Positions 27,836-37,867 of a DNA stretch of 64,000 nucleotides are shown here, piece after piece. The notes beneath the pieces were generated by a model. That model saw nothing but the letters and a program-made list of their open reading frames with translations, was not told the DNA's origin and searched no databases. The DNA comes from Vicugna vicugna (Eukaryota). Made by a program: the position numbers and the translations under genes. The first letter of the stretch is position 1, and every line of letters starts with the position of its first letter. The stretch covers positions 558,001-622,000 of the forward strand of contig MU058221.1 of NCBI GenBank assembly GCA_013265495.1. The letters are read 5' to 3'.

Positions 27836-28048
27836 AGTGCAACTCTGTGACGCCCACCACCCTGCAAAAGACAGGGCAGGGGTCAAGGGATGGTGCTCTA
27901 CACCCAAGTGCAACTCTGTGATGCCCACCACTCTGCAAAAGACAGGGCAGGGGTCAAGGGATGGTGCTCTACACCCAAGTGCAACTCTGTGACGCCCACC
28001 ACCCTGCAAAAGACAGGGCAGGGGTCAAGGGATGGTGTTCTACACCCA
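27836..28048. repeat. Minisatellite, 3 x 71 bp
   Basis: Unit starts agtgcaactctgtga at 27836, 27907 and 27978. Only three C>T differences among the copies. Confidence 0.97.
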
Positions 28049-28962
28049 AGACAGCTTTCATACCGCTTTATTGCTCCTTCAATGAATTGAGTCACTCACT
28101 GAAAATACACACTTTCATTGCGTCCCAGATACATTATCTAAGGTATTAATCTCCACTGCACCAATTGAAATATGGGAGAAAGATGCAAACTACACCAATA
28201 TGAACAACTGTAGGGTTTCGTTGTTTGGCCAACCACTTATTATGTTTGGCTGGATGCACTGGTAGAGGAGACAACGAAAAAAAAGAAAAAAGAAATGCGA
28301 AGCTGAAGCGTGGCAAGGTGTTAATGGAAACGGAAGTCATCCGGGCCGGCATTCTTTATGCTTAAGCAAACATGACTTGAAAGACCTGGATTGGCGATGC
28401 GCACATTTATGTTTATGCCAGTGTTCTACGTGAAAGCCGGTACATCAAGTCTCTAATCACACTTTGTCTTATCATCAAATCTAATCTGTATTACGTTTTT
28501 TTTCTTAAACTCAATCACTCCTAAAATCAGAATCACAGGTGAGGTTTGACCTCACCACTGACGTGACACATAGTGAAGCCTTTTGAGTAAGGTTGCCACT
28601 GGTGTCGCCGTGAGACAGACAACGTAGGGGCGGAGGGGGTTCCATCCACTGAGTGTCGGCAACGCGCGTGAGTGACACCGGGGCACCGGACTGGCTCTGG
28701 TCTTCCTCGCTGAGGCGTGCTTGCCATGTAGCGCGTGCTTAAATCCGTCGTCAGCCCGTGCCCGTGGACTCAGTCAGCGTAGTGCTTCTGCCTGGGACGT
28801 AGTGATTTCCGAATGTACCGTTTCTAGAATTGTTTTCCGGGCCTGAAGGCATGGCGGGGCGACGGCAGTGCCTTTCTGGAAGCTGACTGCTTTCTCCTTG
28901 CAGGATTCGCTGCTTCTGACTGGGTTAGCACTTTCTAGCTAACACTTTGCTCTGTTGTACAG

Positions 28963-29019
28963 GATGCCAGGTCTCAAGCCACACTGGAGCCAAGAAGGAA
29001 AAAAAATGACGAAGTGCAG
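28963..29019 (+). other. Candidate 57-nt plus-strand exon
   Basis: Branch-like gctaac, ctttgctctgttgtacag|GATGCC...GTGCAG|gtaaat. Prediction only. Confidence 0.35.
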
Positions 29020-29959
29020 GTAAATGGTTCTGCTGGCACCTTCTTGTCTCATTTCATTCACAGAGTGTGAACCCCTGGAGTTTTACAACCATTTGAAATT
29101 CAAAGGCAAATGCTGAGCGCACATCATCGTGAGAATTGGCGCCAATGAAGTTTGTCAGAACTGCTTTGGCATTGAACCACTGAGTGTTTTCAGCACCACT
29201 GGAAAGCTGACACCACTCGTAGACAACTCACGGGCCGGCCCAGAGGAAGGATGTCAGATCCGGTGAATTTCTCGCCTTATATTTGCTGCGCGATTTCAGC
29301 ACTGATGTCTATAAGAAACACGTTTTCCCCTGAAATGTGTCCTGTGGCATCATTTTCTGTAGCATGAGAGTTTTGCCCTCTCAGATTTTCCTTAGAACTT
29401 GAAAACGCATTTCTGGAAGGCTGCTATTGACTTTGAATTTCAGAAGAGATAACAAACATGATTCATGTACAATGACTCATGCCTCCTAAATGCTCTAATC
29501 GTATAAACTGCATCCTTCAAAGCATCCTGCAGACACGTTAAATATTAATAAACACATTCATGCTCACTGATAAAACTGCAGTTGACCCTCCACTTTATGT
29601 CTACAATTAAAAATGAAGCTAAGAAGCTGGGAAGCCCTGCGTTTTTACTATTGAACTTGAACACACTAGCTCTAATATCTCAGGGGCCCCACTTTTGCTA
29701 CCAATGGAAACAATTCCACTACCATACTTTCAGTTTTCTATAATGTCCTGTTGGTTGTTTCAAATAGATAAAACTGAAAATATTTATTGTATTTTGTACA
29801 CTTTTATCCATAGTTTATTCTCTTTAACATAGCGTACACTTCCACCTCCTAGTCATTAGAGGAAGAGATCATCGTTGTTCAAACCATTTAAAGAAAACCG
29901 CCCCCAGTCACTGTCTATTGTGTTGTCCTCTTATTGTGCCCAGGACACACCTCGAGTTC

Positions 29960-30142
29960 TCCAGTCATCCTTCTGGTTATCTTATCATTTATCTCTTCTC
30001 ATTAAACTCCATGTACCATCAGGACAAGGCTGTTCTGTAACATATTCAAAGCTATATCCCCTCCCCCTGGGACCTAGAAGAGTATCTGAGACCTAAGTGA
30101 TAATAGAGGATATTTTTTCAATCAATGAATACATGAATAAAT
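29960..30142 (+). mobile_element. LINE-2 3' end remnant
   Basis: Ends in an L2-type tail tcaatgaatacatgaataaat. Confidence 0.55.
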
Positions 30143-30502
30143 CCCCTGTTCATAGGAGGTAAGTCAACTAAAGTCTTACTCATAGGTAATTTTCTCACTT
30201 GAGGTTAATTGTGTTTCAAGGTCATGGGAGAGAATGTGACTTTACCGTTCTCACTACATAAAAGCAACGTTCAAACAGAATTTATCAGCTGGACATCGCA
30301 TATCGTTTTGAGGATCTTCTCTAATATTATTCATCCACAAAGGGGGCTGAAGTTTTTAAATTAATGAATTAGTCAGTTTCCTATGAGAACATCAGACGTG
30401 TGTGAGTAATGCAGAAGAGTACCATCTAAAAGAAATACAATGTGAGTTGCACGTGTAATTAAAATGGGCTACTAGTCACATTAAGAAATGTGAACAGAAG
30501 CA

Positions 30503-30868
30503 GGACTGAGTGACTGCACCCCTCCCCCTCCCACTAAATTCATATGTTGAAACTCTAACCCTCAACAGATGATATAGAGAGGTGGGACCTGTGGGAAGTA
30601 ATTGGGTTTAGATGAGATCGTTAGGGTAAGCTTCCCAGATGGGATTCCCATCCTTCCAAGAAGAGGAGGAGACTGGAGCTCTCTGTCCCCCCTCCATATG
30701 AGGGTACAGCAAGAAGGTGGCCCACCAGCAAACCCTTACCAGACCCCGAACCTGCCAACACCTTGACCATGGGATGCCCGTTCTCCAGAACTGTGAGAAA
30801 TGAATGACCGGTGTTTAAGTCTTTTAATCTGTGGCTTTTTGTTATAGAAACCAGAATTGACCAAGACA
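30503..30868 (+). mobile_element. MaLR LTR (MLT1A-like)
   Basis: aaattcatatgttgaaactctaacc...tccagaactgtgagaaat...ttgttatagaaaccagaattgaccaagaca. Confidence 0.85.
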
Positions 30869-30887
30869 GTAATGATGTCATTAATTT

Positions 30888-31985
30888 AATTTAATTTAAT
30901 TTTTTTAACATTTTTTATTGATTTATAGTCTTTTTACAATGTTGTGTCAAATTCCAGTGTAGAGCCCAATTTTTCAGTTATACATGAACATACATATATT
31001 CATGTCACATTTTTTTTCTCTGTGAGCTACCACAAGATCTTGTATGTATTTCCCTGTGCTATGCAGTATAATCTTGTTTATCTGTTCGACAATTTTGAAA
31101 TCCCAGTCTATCCCTTCCCACCATCCACCCCTTTGGCAAACACAAGTTTGTATTCTATGTTTATGAGTCTATTTCTGTTTTGTATTTATGCTTTGTTTGT
31201 TTGTTTGTTTTTTAGATTCCACATATGAGTGATCTCATATGATATTTTTCTTTCTCTTTCTGGCTTACTTCACTTAGAATGACATTCTCCAGGAGCATCC
31301 ATGTTGCTTTAAATGACATTATGTTGTCAGTTTTTATGGCTGAGTAGTATTCCATTGTATAAATATACCACATCTTTTTTATCCAGTCACCTGTTGATGG
31401 ACATTTAGGCTGTTTCCATGTCTTGGATGTTGTAAATAGTGCTGCTGTGAACATTGGGGTGCAGGTGTCATTTTGAAGTAGGGTTCCTTCTGGATACAAG
31501 CCCAGGAGTGGGATTCCTGGGTCATACGGCAAGTCTATTCCTAGTCTTTTGAGGAATCTCCGTACTGTTTTCCACAGTGGCTGCACCAAACTGCATTCCC
31601 ACCAGCAGTGCAGGAGGGTTCCCTTTTCTCCACAGCCTCTCCAGCATTTGTCATTTGTGGATTTTTGAATGATGGCCATTCTGACTGCTGTAAAGTGATA
31701 CCTCATTGTAGTTTTGATTTGCATTTCTCTGATAATTAGTGATATTGAGCATTTTTTCATGTGTCTATTGATCATTTGTATGTCTTGTTTGGAGAATTGC
31801 TTGTTTAGGTCTTCTGCCCATTTTTGGATTGGGTTGTTTGTGTCTTTCTTATTAAGTCGTATGAGCTGCTTATATATTCTGGAGATCAAGCCTTTGTCGG
31901 TTTCATTTGCAAAAATGTTCTCCCATTCCGTAGGTTGTCTTTTTGTTTTACTTATGGTTACCTTTGCTGTGCAGAAGCTTGTAAG
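30888..31985 (-). mobile_element. Young 5'-truncated LINE-1 with uninterrupted ORF2 C-terminus and perfect TSD
   Basis: ORF 31212-31994 has no stops and contains the ORF2 Cys-rich [18 protein letters not shown] and the [17 protein letters not shown] terminus. 15-bp TSD tgatgtcattaattt at 30873-30887 and 31986-32000. Confidence 0.97.
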
Positions 31986-33740
31986 TGATGTCATTAATTT
32001 TAATATATTTTATCTAATGCCAAATTTTCAAAATATGACTATAACATATAATCACATAAAATATTATCTATGACATTATATAAACCTTTTTATACTGTCT
32101 TCAAAATTTGGAGTGTATATTCTACTCGTGGCGGATCTCAGTTCAGACTAGTTTCATTTAAGTGTCCCATGGCCACACAAGCTGTGGCTGTCACACAGGA
32201 CGGAGCAGAGCTGGACTAAGGGCTTGTTGTTGGGGTTGGACACCGCATAGTCAGGGGAACTGATGGAGGAGTCCGAGCAAGGTTTGACCTCTGCGCGTAA
32301 CGTTGAGTCTGTTTTTAATGGTCAGCCTGACTGGTAACTGGAGAGAAAACTTGTTTTGTGGACGAGAATGAAGAAAGAGTGGAACACAGGGCACAAAGTG
32401 GAGCACAGGTAGGTTTCTCAGCACCTCCAACCTAGACGGCACAGACGACTTGCGGGACAGGCGGGTGCCCTTCACCATGGACTGACCTACTCATGTGACC
32501 CCAGACTCAGCGCTGCTGAAGGAAGACAACTGCTGGGAGGAAGGCAAGCCGCAGGTTCAGAGGCTGTGTCACCTACAAGGTGAGAGAAGAAATCAGGGAC
32601 GTCGGGTACCAGCTGTCACAGGGTTGAAGCCCTGCATCAAACTTTAAAGCATAAAAATATGGCTCCTACTTTACTTTCGCCTTCCGAATCTCATGCAAAA
32701 TGTCTTTTGTGGCCAATGTAAATCCCAAACCACATAGGAAATGAATTCTGGAAAATGAAGTTCCAGCTTAACTTAATCGAAGCAGTATAAATGCGCCACT
32801 GGCAAGCAGGGGAGCTTGCTCCAATGTTTCCAGGTTCTATCAGCATGGAAATTGTTCTCTGGAAATATCAGCTCAATCACTATCACAACAGCGGGGTTTG
32901 AAGTAGGGGAGCTAACGAAGCCTCCTGCGGTACAGAAGCGGTTTTGACACTGAGAAATGGATGCCTATGGACTTTGTGTTGGTACGTGTCTCCCATCTTC
33001 TGCTGCTGTATTTTTTTTTTCCTTTCTCAATGTGCAACTGCAGACACAGACACAAAATCATTTAACCGCAGAGATCCTGAAAAGTATAAAGAATCACCCA
33101 CTGAGCCCAGGCAGCACTGGTGGGCGCTAACTGCGCTTGAAGTCGGAGTCTGGATGCAGTTTTTAAAGTAAAACCATCGTGGGCCTTCAGACTAGAAGTC
33201 GCTTTTCTGATTATCAGATGGAACTTCCAGATGTGCAACTGAGACCCAGAAGCATGGGCTGAGTCACCTCAGATACGTTTATGCAGCAATTCAGAAAAAT
33301 AATGGACTCTCTTTTTCAGAGATCTAATCTACTATAACCGAGATAAAATGAGAAAAGCAAATAAGATAATTCAGTGAAACTAGGATTGCCTTCCTGTTAA
33401 GTCTAGCGCACCACACATACATGATGCCTCTTTGTACTTATGTCCACGACACTGTTTAAGACTTGCCTGTGTAATGAGTGCAGGGCCGTTTTAAGTGACT
33501 GGCAACCTAAAGGCACATCCCACCAGGGGAAGGGTAAGTGCTCAGGAGGTGCACTTTTAATTGCAATAAATAGACTTAGCATGAAAGGTTAGGGCTAGAC
33601 AAACTTTCCCCCACTGTGCGTCATTCTTGCTCTCTCTCGTTGTTGTTTTCTGTTTGTTTTTTCTTTTCTTTCCTTTTTCCTTTATTTTTTCTCGCAGCTT
33701 TGCCGTGGAGAGAGATCGTTACACACAGGTCTTCACTTAC

Positions 33741-34100
33741 TCGCCTTTGGGCTGAATCTCAAGGGGCGGAGGGGGAGCCATGGAGAGCACTTGAGATGGA
33801 CGCAGAGAGCCGGGGAGGTGTGGCCCACGACCCTGTGAATCGGCTGCACAGGGCAGATGTGGTCCTGCGACGCGTTCTGGCAAAGGCGGAGCCTAAGGAA
33901 GGGACTGCCGTCGTCCCTCAGCTCCCAGGCAGGACAGAGGGGCTGACGGCGGGCCGTCTGAGGGCGAACACGGCAGGGCAAGCTGCAAGCGGACGCGAGC
34001 CCCGGCCGACCCAGGAAGGTCTGCGCCGGGAGCAGTGGAGGCGAGCAAGCAACCGGTGCCGGTGACGACAGAGCCCGGCTCTTCCCGGGCCAGCACCGGC
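33741..34100 (-). other. Candidate first exon of a minus-strand transcript (5' boundary unknown)
   Basis: Donor AAAGGCGA|gtaagtg at 33741/33740 directly after the CpG island. tccATGG could start MAPPPPLEIQPKG(E/D). Protein not recognised. Confidence 0.45.
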
Positions 34101-34420
34101 GGCCTGGCCGAGGCGCAGAGCAGGGGCCACAGGCGCCTGGGGCTTGCTGTCCGTGGCGGCCGCCCGGGCAGAGGCCAGGCCCCCGCAGCCAGCGGCGGTG
34201 GCAGCCGCTCCGCCCCCCGGAGCGGGCCGCGCTGTGTGACGCGAGGCGCAGCGCGAGCGGGAGGTCTGAGCCGCGGGGCGGTTGCACAGCGACCCCGGGA
34301 GGGCGCGGCGGCGGGAGCAGCCTGGTCCCGGCGGGAGGGCCCGTCGCCCTCGCTGGGGGGTTCCCTGACTCCCCGGCGCTGCAGCCTCCGTGCGCGCAGT
34401 GCGGATCGCCGTGCCCATTT
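33790..34420. promoter_or_regulatory. CpG island / probable promoter
   Basis: Very high GC and dense CpG, GC boxes (ccgcccc ~34210, ggggcgg ~34275), non-repetitive, with splice donors on both flanks. Confidence 0.88.
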
Positions 34421-34587
34421 GGAAGGCAGCTTGAAGGCAAGTTCAGCTTCCGTGAGGCTGCTGAGGTTGCCGAGCTTCCATGTTTCTTTACATTTCCTCC
34501 ACGTGGGAGTCAGAGTAAATTCTCAGCCTGTGCTGTGAATACGGTGAGAAGGCATCGCGAACATGAGCAAGTGTGTACGGTGAGCAC

Positions 34588-34953
34588 AAGCGTGCAGCCT
34601 TTGTTTGTTCCCACTGCATGCGGTGGCCACTAGGACTGGATGGAGAGGAGCGTGCGAGGGCAAGCAACACCGAGCATATGGTTGACCTCCCTTTTCTTTT
34701 CCTTGTTTTTTTCCTTCCTTCCTTCCTTCCTTCCTTCCTTCCTTCCTTCCTTCCTTCCTTCCTTTCTTTCTAAGCGTGCAGCCTTTGTTTGTTCCCACTG
34801 CATGCGGTGGCCACTAGGACTGGATGGAGAGGAGCGTGCGAGGGCAAGCAACACCGAGCATATGGTTGACCTCCCTTTTCTTTTCCTTGTTTTTTTTTTT
34901 CCTTCCTTCCTTCCTTCCTTCCTTCCTTCCTTCCTTCCTTCCTTCCTTTCTTT
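34588..34953. repeat. Tandem duplication, 2 x ~184 bp, each ending in (TTCC)n
   Basis: Units start aagcgtgcagcctttg at 34588 and 34772. The ~120-bp unique part is identical; the copies differ only in T-run length and (TTCC)13 vs (TTCC)12. A (TC)n/(TTTC) tract follows to ~35020. Confidence 0.95.
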
Positions 34954-35629
34954 CTCTCTCTCTCTCTCTCTGTCTGTCTCTCTCTCTCTCTCTTTCTCTC
35001 TTTCTCTTTTCTTTTCTTTTTGAGCCACATAGTCTAAGGTTTTTCTTACAGCAGCCCGACCTAAGACCGCCCACCCTTTCGCAGCCATTGCCTCAGGCGT
35101 CTTGACCGGCCATGTCCTCTCCTGACTGGCTGTCCTGGGGTCGGTCCTCGCTCCCTTTTTCCGCATGGCTAACTCCTAGGAAGTCCTGTTTGGGAGACTG
35201 TGCTCTCAAAGATTCCCTGACGCAGCCGCGCAGAGAATGTAAGAGTCGTTCTTCTGGGATGAGCAGTCGGTGAATGGGAAGCTCTGCTCCCTGTGGTCCC
35301 TCAGACACAGCCACCTTCCTTGCGGTTACTGCTCTGCCATCCTCCCGGCCCTCGCGGCCACCTGCATGATCGAAGCCGGGTCCCACCACGTGCAGACTCC
35401 ATCCGGGTGGTTCTGGCCTTGGCCTCGTGCAGCTGCCGTCAGCCGTGGGACGAGAGCCGGGGCCAGTCTGGGCATCTTTCCTCAAGTTGTCTCGGGGCCG
35501 CTCCGTCCATGGGGCTTTGGTCCTCCTCGCAGCCTGGCGGCCCCAGGATAGCGGTGCTGCTTAGAGCTGAAAACTTTAGAAGTGGGTTGTCCATGCAGGT
35601 GGCAGCTGTCTTGCTTGCTGTGACTTTTA

Positions 35630-35900
35630 TGTCGTCCTCTATTGGTTAAAACAGGTACAAAAGCCCCCTGGGGGATGTGCTTGAAGAGGGAGGGTCCAAG
35701 CAGTGTGCCGGGCGGAGGCGCTGGGGACGCTGGGAGGCCGGGGCCGGGGCCGGGGCCCACAGCGGGCAGCGGGTGCTCGTTAGGGCAGCTGGAGAGGACT
35801 CGACCTGCGCCCCCACAGGGGTGGGGGTGTTGGCCAAGTCTCAGCCTGCGTTCTGAGTAGCCGGGGGCGGGGGCGAGCTCCGACAGTGCCTCAGGAAGGA
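35630..35900. promoter_or_regulatory. Second GC/CpG-rich promoter-like patch
   Basis: ATTGG (CCAAT box) at 35641, GGGCGG at 35710, (GGGGCC)3 at 35740-35757 and another GC box at ~35864. Confidence 0.45.
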
Positions 35901-36123
35901 GGCTGTCTCTGCGCAGGAGGCCAGGCTGCTGGACAGCGATGGCATCCAGTGCTCTCACCGCCCTTTCCTGATGACACCGCAGCACGGCCATTCGTGCCAC
36001 CTGGTGAAACTTTTTATAGACATCACTTGTTAACGACTGTGCAATAATGACAGTAATCTCTAACCAGACAGCTATGCAATGACTGACTTTTCATTGCTTT
36101 CAAGAACTTTGTCATTTAGGAAC

Positions 36124-36529
36124 TGCGATGGTCTTTTGATTTGTCAACTTGGCTGGGCTGCCGTCTCCAGCGAGTCCCTGCAGATTAACCCAGGTGTGCC
36201 TGTGAAGTTTCTTTCCTACCTGTGATTAAAGTCATCACCAGCTGACAGCCAGGGAGGCCATCCCGGATAATTAGGGTAGGTCTGGCTTAGCCAGTTGAAA
36301 TGTCTTAAAATCAGAGCCGAGGCATCCGCGCGCTCGGAGTGCCCCCTGCTCTTCCCGATGATCCGTCCCACGAACTTTAGGCTTGCCTGACAAGCCCTGC
36401 CGTTGCCATCGTGTAGGCCGACTCCGCGCGACACCTTTCAATATTTGTCTCCTGCTGGTTGAACTGCACTGATACAGGGAGGAGATTTTGGTTTTTAGAA
36501 ATGATACCGCCACGGAACAGAATCTGAAG
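36124..36529 (+). mobile_element. MLT2 (ERVL) LTR plus stub of ERVL internal sequence
   Basis: Starts tgcgatggt...tgtcaacttggctgggc and ends ctcctgctggtt...tgataca (36476). Followed by gattttggt...ggaacagaatct, resembling the ERVL internal start. Confidence 0.75.
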
Positions 36530-36672
36530 TAAGAAGTAAATGGCCAAGAGAAGCTTATCAGTCTAATGAATACAGAAAATGCATAGGGGAAAAAAAAACT
36601 GGAAATCTGAAATCCCTAGGTGTGAAATGTTACAGGAAATGAAGTGCCGAGATGATTGCTAACCATGCTCAC

Positions 36673-36683
36673 CTTGCCTCGTT
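36673..36683 (-). other. Candidate 11-nt microexon (AACGAGGCAAG)
   Basis: Minus strand reads ttttctccttcctcacccttccctctcatccacag|AACGAGGCAAG|gtgagc, with a long pyrimidine tract and a strong donor. Confidence 0.4.
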
Positions 36684-37712
36684 CTGTGGATGAGAGGGAA
36701 GGGTGAGGAAGGAGAAAATAGAGCAAGTTCTAATGGATGAACACCCTGGCACCACAAGGCTGGGAGCTTTGCAGCAGTGCCGATGCGCTAACTCAGCTGG
36801 AAAGTCTGCCACATCTGTTTGCAGCTGGACCACATGCATTTCCTCTCCTCTCACGCTAGGTCGGTGTTTCTGACAAAAGACAGAACATGGAATGTTTTGC
36901 CCCTGAAAATGCAAATAAATTTACCCTCACAGAGGCGCCCAACTCACCCGTGATAAATGGAGGCCTTGAAATGTTTCCTCCTGTGAATTACATATTACAG
37001 TCACACCTTCCATTTTGGGGGCCTTCACACGCCCACCTGCTGCCTGCCTGACAGCAGCCGCCTCCGGCTACAGAACCTGATTAGGGAGCGAGGCCACTTG
37101 GAGATTTGAAATGATTCTGTATTGACTTTTTTTTTTTTAATAAGGAAAACATAGCCAGCAGGGAAATGTGTAGTAGCAGTCTTTATTTAATTATAGTCAG
37201 GGTCATACCTCATTTTCTCTCTTTCATAGGAGCAAACCGCGAATAGTCCAGGCTTCCTTCTCCCATTACACGCAACTGAAGCACACTGGGTGCTGCTCAC
37301 TTGATAGGCTTAAGGGAAGAGTCACAAGGCCAGGCTGTGCACACTCTGCCCTTTGTTTGACATCCCTTAAAGCCCTTCAAAAAGAATTCTCCAGGCAGGT
37401 GTCATTATACACGAGGACACTGGGGCTGCGGAAATTAACAGTCATACCCAAGGCAAAAGGGCGCTTTTAATTAAGGCTGGCGTCTCCTTCTGCTCTGCCA
37501 TGGTGTCACGATTTGATAGGAGTCACATGAGAAATAAACCCAATGGCAGTAAATACACTTGTGAACTAGCTACTAAAAATAGTTATGTGCTGTGAACTCT
37601 TTTTGTAAAACAAAAGCTATCCTTGTGGGCCTCACTCACCCCCTTTTCCATGTATTTTTTCTTTAAATTTTGAGAAAGATTAAAAAAAAATCTGTTTTTC
37701 CTAACGTGTCAG

Positions 37713-37867
37713 CTGTGCCTCCCGGGATCTGGGGAAGAGATCATTTGCTGAAACTAAATGGAAAAGCAGCTTCGCACGTGCTGGTGCAGCATCTGCAGAA
37801 GAGCGGTTTCCTACCGGCAGGGCAGACTGATCAGACCCCCGGCGTGGCTGCACACTGCTCACGCCAG
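37713..37867 (+). other. Candidate 155-nt plus-strand exon
   Basis: tctgtttttcctaacgtgtcag|CTGTGC...CGCCAG|gtaatt, with ATG at 37758. Prediction only. Confidence 0.35.

Larger units (their letters stand above)
30416..32208. mobile_element. MER33-like hAT DNA transposon split by an LTR and an L1
   Basis: Left part 30416-30504 (agaaatacaatgtgag...ctactagtcacattaag) and right part 31986-32208 (attaattttaatatattttatc...gtcttcaaaatttggagtgtat...ggccacacaagctgtggct...gacggagcag) join into the MER33 layout. Confidence 0.75.

Noticed and set aside
27836..28050. CRISPR-like array
   Set aside because: Units are contiguous with no unique spacers; mammalian context and no cas genes.
29189..29212. REST/RE1 site (ttcagcaccactggaaagctg)
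   Set aside because: Only the left half matches; the spacer is 3 nt rather than 2 and the right half is GGAAAG rather than GGACAG.
31212..31994. 260-aa ORF as a host gene or active L1
   Set aside because: It is only the ORF2 C-terminus of a 5'-truncated L1, with no promoter, ORF1, EN or RT.
33616..34538. Overlapping 149-235 aa ORFs on both strands of the CpG island
   Set aside because: GC-rich sequence lacks stops; the peptides are low-complexity P/A/G/R with no recognisable domain.
34488..35166. ORFs with KEGR/LPSF repeats
   Set aside because: Products of the (TTCC)n tracts and the 184-bp duplication.
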